IMG/VR virus record: IMGVR_UViG_3300036939_000021
Location: 32,001-96,000 of that record
Direction: 5' to 3' (one strand)
Length of the DNA stretch: 64,000 bases
Source of the DNA: a virus
Positions 57,785 through 64,000 of the stretch are shown in pieces. The notes beneath the pieces were generated by a model. The model ran no database searches and was not told the origin of the DNA. It worked only from the letters and a program-made list of their open reading frames with translations. Numbering within the stretch: the stretch's first letter is position 1; the number at the start of each line of letters is the position of its first letter. The translations under genes and the position numbers were made by a program.

Positions 57785-59884
57785 TTACCAGTTAACACCA
57801 GACCAATTATGTTTTACTATCATTTGTTCCCAAGTCTCTTCAGGTTCATAATCTGGTATGTAATACTGCATTTCTTCAGTTATTACATCAACGGCTATAG
57901 GTGCTATCTCAGGTAATAATTCTTTTCTAATCTCTAACATCAAAGAATCATGAGAAAAATTTACAAGATGTGCATTATCTATTCCCCAAGTAAACTGACA
58001 TAACTCATCTATTATTCCAAGTGAGTTTTTCATAACCGTTGCTTCAGGTCGTAACCATTGACAAGAAACAACATCAGAAATTTTTAATTTATATTTTGTT
58101 TGTCCATACCAGTTTTCTTGTGCTTGCGCTCTATGCCAAATAAGACCTCCATCTAATGTTTCAGAATATCCGAATACTCCTAAACAATCTTGATTACCTG
58201 TTAGTTTATTATCAATATAAATAGTTTCTAGAGTATTCTGAGCTTTAGCGTAAATGCCATCCTGGAATAATCGCAAATCTTCGTAAGCTTCAGCACAAGC
58301 TTCTAAATAATTTTTACAATCTTCAAGACTTACAGAAAGTTCATAACCATAAAAAGATTGTTGAAGCCTAGCACCTCCAGAATAGTTTAAGAAAGAGTAA
58401 ATTACAGTTTTAGCTAATTTATAAAGATGTTTATAGTGAGATTGTTTATTTGAAGGTTTTTCTACTAATTCCTTTGCCTCTAACGGTGTTACCGTTAAAT
58501 CTTCAAACTTAAGCATTGCGGCTAAAGTAATGTAATGTAATTTAATTCCCTCTTTTTTTGCTTTCTGAAGATTTTTATCATTACTAAGAATACGTGCAAA
58601 CTGTAAATGACTTGCTGCTAAATCTATTTCTAAAAGTTGATAACCAGGTCTAGCTGATACTATAGAACGTACTGGTGGAAGATTTTGCGATTGATGACTT
58701 GGAAGATGTTTACTAAAATTTTGAGTGTTATGTAAATGCTTATCTCTTTTAGAGCCACTGGAACTTCTTCCCATTCCTTGAGTAGCAAGAATAGAAAACG
58801 TAGTTTGAATACATTTTCTATTTCTATCTAAAGTATCTATATAACCTTTAATTGTTGATGCTGCACGATTTATACCACGAAAATTAATAAGTTCTCTTAT
58901 CTCATAATCATCAGGAAATTTCTCTGTAATAATATAGAGATTTTCCTTACCACTAGATTCTTTCCATTCTTTAGTTTTAGTATCAAATTTTAAAAGCATA
59001 TCCTCACCAAATTTATTACGAATGTAATATCTAATCTGATCAGGACTGTTAGGGTTAAATACAGAGGGCTTAGGTATCTTTATTGGTTGACCTTTTTTAC
59101 CTAAAATAGGATTCTTCCAATATTCTTGTATTTTCTCTCGTTGACATGGATTTTCTGGTAATAATTTCTCTAATTTTTCTTTTAAATATTGAGCAGCTTG
59201 TTGATAACCTTCTAATACAAATTCAGCTTTTCTAATATCTCCTACAGGTAAACCCTGATGAATAAGTTCTATAAAAGCAGGTATGCAAGACATCTCTGCT
59301 TCTAATACTTCTTTTTGTGATATTACTAATTCTTTATACTGAGCATCACCTATTTTATATGTTACTATTGCATCTTTACCCGCATACATAAACTGTTCAT
59401 CTGATAATTCCAGTTGTGACCAGTCACTCTTCTGATATTGTTTATCATGAATATATCCATATTCTTCGCACAAATACTCTAAACTATTAGAATTTTGTAT
59501 CCCTAGCTCATATACATAACCATCATATCTTCCAGCTTTTAGAATTTGAGACATTAATCTAGTGTCTCTAATATTTCTAATTTTTATGTTATATTTTGCC
59601 CTAAACCATAAGGCGTCAAATACAGCATTCTGAATATACTTAACAACTTTAGGATTATCAAGAACTTGTAATAATTTTTGAAACCATATTTCTTGTTCTT
59701 CGGTCATAAACCACAAATCTATTATGGCTACTTGCGCTATTTTTGGTAAATATATTTGCACCAATCTTAAGTCATCTACATAAGCATTTAATCCCGTTGT
59801 TTCAGTATCTAATGCTAATTCTGGAGTATCGAGAATACTAAGATTAGACCAATCTTGGAATAATATAACTTTAAGTTCTTTCAT
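57785..59884 (-). CDS. polA: family A DNA polymerase with 3'-5' exonuclease
   Basis: LDTETTG, NAVFD, YAGKD; GRSSS, IDLAASH, AKTVIY, SHDS. Confidence 0.9.
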   Translation of the reverse strand: MKELKVILFQDWSNLSILDTPELALDTETTGLNAYVDDLRLVQIYLPKIAQVAIIDLWFMTEEQEIWFQKLLQVLDNPKVVKYIQNAVFDALWFRAKYNIKIRNIRDTRLMSQILKAGRYDGYVYELGIQNSNSLEYLCEEYGYIHDKQYQKSDWSQLELSDEQFMYAGKDAIVTYKIGDAQYKELVISQKEVLEAEMSCIPAFIELIHQGLPVGDIRKAEFVLEGYQQAAQYLKEKLEKLLPENPCQREKIQEYWKNPILGKKGQPIKIPKPSVFNPNSPDQIRYYIRNKFGEDMLLKFDTKTKEWKESSGKENLYIITEKFPDDYEIRELINFRGINRAASTIKGYIDTLDRNRKCIQTTFSILATQGMGRSSSGSKRDKHLHNTQNFSKHLPSHQSQNLPPVRSIVSARPGYQLLEIDLAASHLQFARILSNDKNLQKAKKEGIKLHYITLAAMLKFEDLTVTPLEAKELVEKPSNKQSHYKHLYKLAKTVIYSFLNYSGGARLQQSFYGYELSVSLEDCKNYLEACAEAYEDLRLFQDGIYAKAQNTLETIYIDNKLTGNQDCLGVFGYSETLDGGLIWHRAQAQENWYGQTKYKLKISDVVSCQWLRPEATVMKNSLGIIDELCQFTWGIDNAHLVNFSHDSLMLEIRKELLPEIAPIAVDVITEEMQYYIPDYEPEETWEQMIVKHNWSGVNW

Positions 59885-59956
59885 TACTTTTATTAGTAAA
59901 ATAGGGTAAAAACAACAGAATCATAAATATAATATTTATGATTCTGTTGTGAGTTT

Positions 59957-60175
59957 TTAAAAAGTATCTTTCGCTTGCTCTAATAATTTTGCTAAATATT
60001 CATCAAAAATATCTACCGGAAAATCAAAAGCCTTATCATTATCATCATGTGTTGTTACTAATAAGCCCTCTTCATTATCATAATCAAAATCCCATAAACC
60101 TAGATTTGGGTTTCTTTCTAGTATTTCTGGATATTTTTCTTTTAGGTAATTATAAAAAATTTCTACATCGTTCAT
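59957..60175 (-). CDS. hypothetical acidic protein
   Basis: Likely start MNDVE after TAAGGA; promoter module at ~60200-60231. Confidence 0.6.
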   Translation of the reverse strand: MNDVEIFYNYLKEKYPEILERNPNLGLWDFDYDNEEGLLVTTHDDNDKAFDFPVDIFDEYLAKLLEQAKDTF

Positions 60176-60227
60176 GATAAATTCCTTAAAAGCTTCATTT
60201 CTACTATATGTCAAAATTTAATAGATG

Positions 60228-61670
60228 TCAACCTAAATACATCTCTATTGTTTGCTCATTTAATCCCAAAACTTTAAGAGCTTTTTGTTTCGTATTCACT
60301 CCTATTTTTTTATGCTCAATAATACGTTTTACCTTTTTTTGGTGAAGCATATTTGTTGATTCCATAATTCTTTTAATATATTGCCAGTCGTCTAGTTCCT
60401 CTTTATACTCTACTAATTCTCCGTCTACTTCTATTGGTGCTTCTCTTTTTTCTCGTTTTTCTGGAATAATTAACCACTCATTTAAAGTTCCACATTCACA
60501 TAATTTTTTATAGCCTTCTTCTCCTTTCATTACTACAACATTTTTAAAAACTAAAGGTAAACCACATCCAGAACATTTAAGCTTTTCTGGACTTCCTTTA
60601 GTTGTTATATCAGGGAATAATGAGTATTCTCGTTGAAATCTAGGACTACCATGAAAATGAGCATTTCCAGCATGATCTAATATTGTTAGCCTCTTACCAT
60701 TAGGCTTTGGTCTTAGACCTCTACCCCATATCTGAGTAAGCAATCCAGGACTACCCACAAAGCGCTGTAAGCTCAAGCAAGACACCAATGGAATATCGAT
60801 ACCCTCGGTAATTAGAGAGACATTTACAAGTCCTGTAAGCTCACCATAAAGATATGATTCCAGTGTGTCTCTTCTTTGTGTAGCTGTAAGAGTACTGCCG
60901 ATATATGCAAACTTATATTTACCATCAAAATAAGTATTAAATTTTTCTACAATAGCGTAGCAATGCTCAGTGGTTGTTGCATATACTAATGTTTTTTCTC
61001 CTAATGCAAATCGTTCCCACTCTTTACAAGCATCTGCTATCAACTCGCCTCTATTGAAGTGTAAATCTTGTTCGACTAAATCATCTTTAGAACTCTTAGC
61101 TTTGTAATCTGTTTTCCAAGATTTCAAATAATAATCAGCTAAATATCCTTGATCTATAAACCAACCAATATCATTATTTTCATAAGAATTTATATAATCA
61201 TAATAATGTCCTAAAGGTTGTCCGTCAGTACGCTCTGGAGTAGCTGTATAACCAATATGCCAAGCATTAGGAAAATATTTAAGAATTTTTGAATAGGTGT
61301 TAGATGGTGATCGATGAATCTCATCACCTATAACAATGTCATACTCTGGAATAACATCAAGACGGTTAGCAATACTTTTATAAACACCAATACTAATTTT
61401 ATTAAAAGTATTTTCTTTACCCATACCTAATCGGCTAACAAAAGGTTTTAAATAAGGTTTAGGTGAAGTAATACGTGCATATAGGTCTTCTACAAGCTCC
61501 CCCATAGGCACAACTATCAAAACACTTAAACCTTTTTTATAGGCATCCCATACATTTTTTGTTATTAAAGTTCCTTTTCCTGTACCAGTTGGTAGTAGTT
61601 GTAAAACTTTTTTACCTTGTAGTTCCCAAAGTTTTGTATCTATTGCAATTTGATAATCTCTAAGCTTCAT
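60228..61670 (-). CDS. SF2 DEAD/DEAH helicase with Zn ribbon
   Basis: PTGTGK, DEIH, TATPER.DG, EGIDIP, Q..GRGLRP, LDHAGN...HG. Confidence 0.92.
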   Translation of the reverse strand: MKLRDYQIAIDTKLWELQGKKVLQLLPTGTGKGTLITKNVWDAYKKGLSVLIVVPMGELVEDLYARITSPKPYLKPFVSRLGMGKENTFNKISIGVYKSIANRLDVIPEYDIVIGDEIHRSPSNTYSKILKYFPNAWHIGYTATPERTDGQPLGHYYDYINSYENNDIGWFIDQGYLADYYLKSWKTDYKAKSSKDDLVEQDLHFNRGELIADACKEWERFALGEKTLVYATTTEHCYAIVEKFNTYFDGKYKFAYIGSTLTATQRRDTLESYLYGELTGLVNVSLITEGIDIPLVSCLSLQRFVGSPGLLTQIWGRGLRPKPNGKRLTILDHAGNAHFHGSPRFQREYSLFPDITTKGSPEKLKCSGCGLPLVFKNVVVMKGEEGYKKLCECGTLNEWLIIPEKREKREAPIEVDGELVEYKEELDDWQYIKRIMESTNMLHQKKVKRIIEHKKIGVNTKQKALKVLGLNEQTIEMYLG

Positions 61671-61818
61671 CTGGAATAATATAGAAACCTATATCTACTA
61701 TATGCCATATTTTAATAGATGTCAATATTACAAAAAAAAAATAACCGCTAGTTTGCTCAAGACTAACGGTTAATAGTAGAGATTCAGTTAAAACTATTCA
61801 AATTTTCAACTATTTCTA

Positions 61819-62952
61819 TTAAAACACAAAATACTCCATATTCTTTTGTTCCTCAAGCAATCGTTGATATTTAGCAGGTAATCCGCTAGTGAAAACTTGA
61901 TGTTCCGGCATTTTATTACCCTTAGCATTTGGAGCAGAAATATAAAGATACCAAGGTTTTAAAGGTGTTGGAGGTTTATCTTTAACTAAATTTGTAGTTG
62001 CAATACTGCCAAGACTGCCACGATCTCCACATTGAATACTTCCAACAGTGTTTAAAGGAATATCATCGCTATCCATACCAAGATAAGCTTTTACTGGTAC
62101 TCCAGGCATATCACTAAGAGAGACTCCAAAAGTTGCCTGGAAGAATTTACCTGTTCCATCTTTTTTCTCGATTTTTCCTGTTTTAATTACCGAAGTAATA
62201 GGAATAATAACCCCTCGTTTAGGAAAAGTACCTTCTTTCATCATGTTTTCAAAAATTGTTTGAATTTTTGCACTAGCTGATATTCCAGAAGATATATTGA
62301 GTTTTAGATCTTTCCAAGCTTCTTGCCGTTCATCTTCATTTAAAGATGTTAAATCATCCCAAGTAGATTTAAAATTACCGTAATCAAAATCAGGTGTTAC
62401 TGAAATCCCTATTTGAAAACTAAGTTTATTAGTTTTCCTTTCTGGATGAGCAATAATAGCTAAAGGAATTCGATAACTTGTATTATCATTTCTTTTAAGT
62501 TCTATAGAATCTAAACCCAAACCATTAATTATAGTTCCTTCAAACGTTAAACGATTTTCAAAAACTTTCAAAGGAAAAAATTGATAATCTTCTACATTCC
62601 CTTTATCATCACCAATTACTAATCCGACTACATCATCAATCTTTTTAATTGTTGGTGCTTTTACATATTTGGGCGTATCTCCCAAATATGTAACAGAAAT
62701 AAATTTTTGAGCAACAGGTAATTCTGTATACTCTTTACCAAAAAGCGCAAGTAAAAGACCATGTACGTTATCAGCAACACTATATAGATCGCCTTCATAA
62801 GTCATATCAAGATTTTCAAGATCTTCAAGACTCACAAAGATATTAGTACGTTCATTATCTTGAGGATCAAAATCTTCCCCCATTTTTTGATATAAAAGAG
62901 AAGCATTAAACAGAGGAGCAAAGTAATTAGCAGTTAAATTGACTAAAGGCAT
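61819..62952 (-). CDS. hypothetical replication-module protein
   Basis: True start likely MPLVNL (62952), since 62953-63020 is a promoter module. Confidence 0.6.
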   Translation of the reverse strand: MPLVNLTANYFAPLFNASLLYQKMGEDFDPQDNERTNIFVSLEDLENLDMTYEGDLYSVADNVHGLLLALFGKEYTELPVAQKFISVTYLGDTPKYVKAPTIKKIDDVVGLVIGDDKGNVEDYQFFPLKVFENRLTFEGTIINGLGLDSIELKRNDNTSYRIPLAIIAHPERKTNKLSFQIGISVTPDFDYGNFKSTWDDLTSLNEDERQEAWKDLKLNISSGISASAKIQTIFENMMKEGTFPKRGVIIPITSVIKTGKIEKKDGTGKFFQATFGVSLSDMPGVPVKAYLGMDSDDIPLNTVGSIQCGDRGSLGSIATTNLVKDKPPTPLKPWYLYISAPNAKGNKMPEHQVFTSGLPAKYQRLLEEQKNMEYFVF

Positions 62953-63020
62953 TTTTCTATTTCCGTTAAGTGGTTTTTCCTCGACTCCTATATAGTAGCT
63001 ATAAAAATCTAAGATGTCAA
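62953..63020 (-). promoter_or_regulatory. repeated early promoter module
   Basis: Reverse complement TTGACATCTTAGATTTTTATAGCTACTATATAGGAGTCG. Confidence 0.85.
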
Positions 63021-63091
63021 GAGTATATAGCAAAAATCTTTAGAAAATAATTTCTAAAGATTTTTAAAGTTGTTTTAATTTTTTAATAAAA

Positions 63092-63544
63092 TTAAGTTTC
63101 ATCCTCATCTACTAAATTTTCTTTTAACCATTCTTCATATAGCCAAGCAGTTAAAGAAACAAGAGAATGATGAGTTTTATTCATCTTTTCTTTCAATTTT
63201 TGGGTAATCGCTTCAGGTTGCCTAATCGCTACCACAGGGCAATTAGTAGGTAACATAACTTTAGGTAGTGAATTCACTTGTTCATATTCACCATCAAGAT
63301 ATCTATCAAACAGATATCTTGTTAAAGCGTTAAAATTCTTCAAGTACGATAATACAATACCTGCTTCCTTCAATCCTCTTCTCGTTTTATCCATCTTAGT
63401 TTTAACCCTAAGTATCAGTTCCTCAGAAACCCTTATAGTTAATTGAGGGTGTAAATTCTTGCCACTACTCCTAACCCTTTTGACAGGCTTAACCCTATAT
63501 GGGGAGTTTTCCAATTTTTTTAATGTTTCTTCTCGAATAAGCAT
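63092..63544 (-). CDS. tandem ribbon-helix-helix regulator
   Basis: LTIRVSEELILRVK and VAIRQPEAITQKLK. Confidence 0.55.
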   Translation of the reverse strand: MLIREETLKKLENSPYRVKPVKRVRSSGKNLHPQLTIRVSEELILRVKTKMDKTRRGLKEAGIVLSYLKNFNALTRYLFDRYLDGEYEQVNSLPKVMLPTNCPVVAIRQPEAITQKLKEKMNKTHHSLVSLTAWLYEEWLKENLVDEDET

Positions 63545-63688
63545 ATTTTTAGGTTTTACGTGATAGTTTAACGTATAGTGATTTTTCTATATGTTAAACC
63601 ATATATTTTGCAATGTCAACAAAAATCTTGTTTGACAGAACCTTCTTTTTTGTTATATGCTGTAAGCATCTTTTATCCTTTTAAGCCT

Positions 63689-64000
63689 GTGAACAATATT
63701 TATTATTCCGATGTTTCCTCTGTGTCTGTTAGACACTCATTAGGTTTAGATGCCGTTTTAGGGAATGAAGGATGTATTAGTCTTTTTTGGAAAATAATTA
63801 AAGATGAAGAGACTAATACACAAACTAATAAAATTATTTATCAAATAAATTTAGGTAGTCGTAGTAGTGCTACAAATCCTAAACCCGTAAGCACTCTAAT
63901 TAATGCCAAATCTTGGGGTAAAAAATACCCTAAAAATGGAAATACTTACGATGGTATTACTTGGGTAACGGTTGAAAGCTCTATAGAAAAATTTACCCAA
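63689..64000 (+). CDS. partial ORF (possibly primase), runs off window end
   Basis: Open frame from GTG 63689 after TTGACA 63632; divergent from the replication block. Confidence 0.45.
   Translation, partial: MNNIYYSDVSSVSVRHSLGLDAVLGNEGCISLFWKIIKDEETNTQTNKIIYQINLGSRSSATNPKPVSTLINAKSWGKKYPKNGNTYDGITWVTVESSIEKFTQ

Noticed and set aside
62953-63033. N-terminal extension of ORF 61819..63033
   Set aside because: It translates through the promoter module; the real start is likely 62952

Overview
An AT-rich (~30-33% GC by eye) 64-kb segment of a siphovirus-type phage, most likely infecting filamentous cyanobacteria. The host is inferred from the cyanobacterial character of the TnpB, KilA-N, RHH, SigF-like sigma and response-regulator proteins. 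The window holds head genes (portal, scaffold, P22-coat-like major capsid, connectors), a lambda-like tail set (major tail x2, frameshifted assembly chaperone, tape measure, M/L/K/I/J homologues), several carbohydrate-active virion proteins, a replication block (divergent family A polymerase, SF1 and SF2 helicases, RuvC-like resolvase), thyX, dcd, a group 3 sigma factor, a TnpB element and a probable origin. I found no terminase, integrase, lysis cassette, tRNA or CRISPR array. The architecture is unusual. Structural genes are scattered over both strands and the tail-tip J gene is split into two ORFs 15 kb apart. About 17 related TTGACA promoters, many forming promoter-ORF-terminator cassettes, lie between genes. 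The octamer GGAATAAT occurs at least 45 times and forms the core of long hairpins. Small, partly unannotated genes look like host-manipulation devices: a HisKA-only plus receiver-only pair, a DUF1778-like antitoxin fragment and a decayed PatX-like peptide. All protein assignments come from motif recognition by eye; no searches were run.
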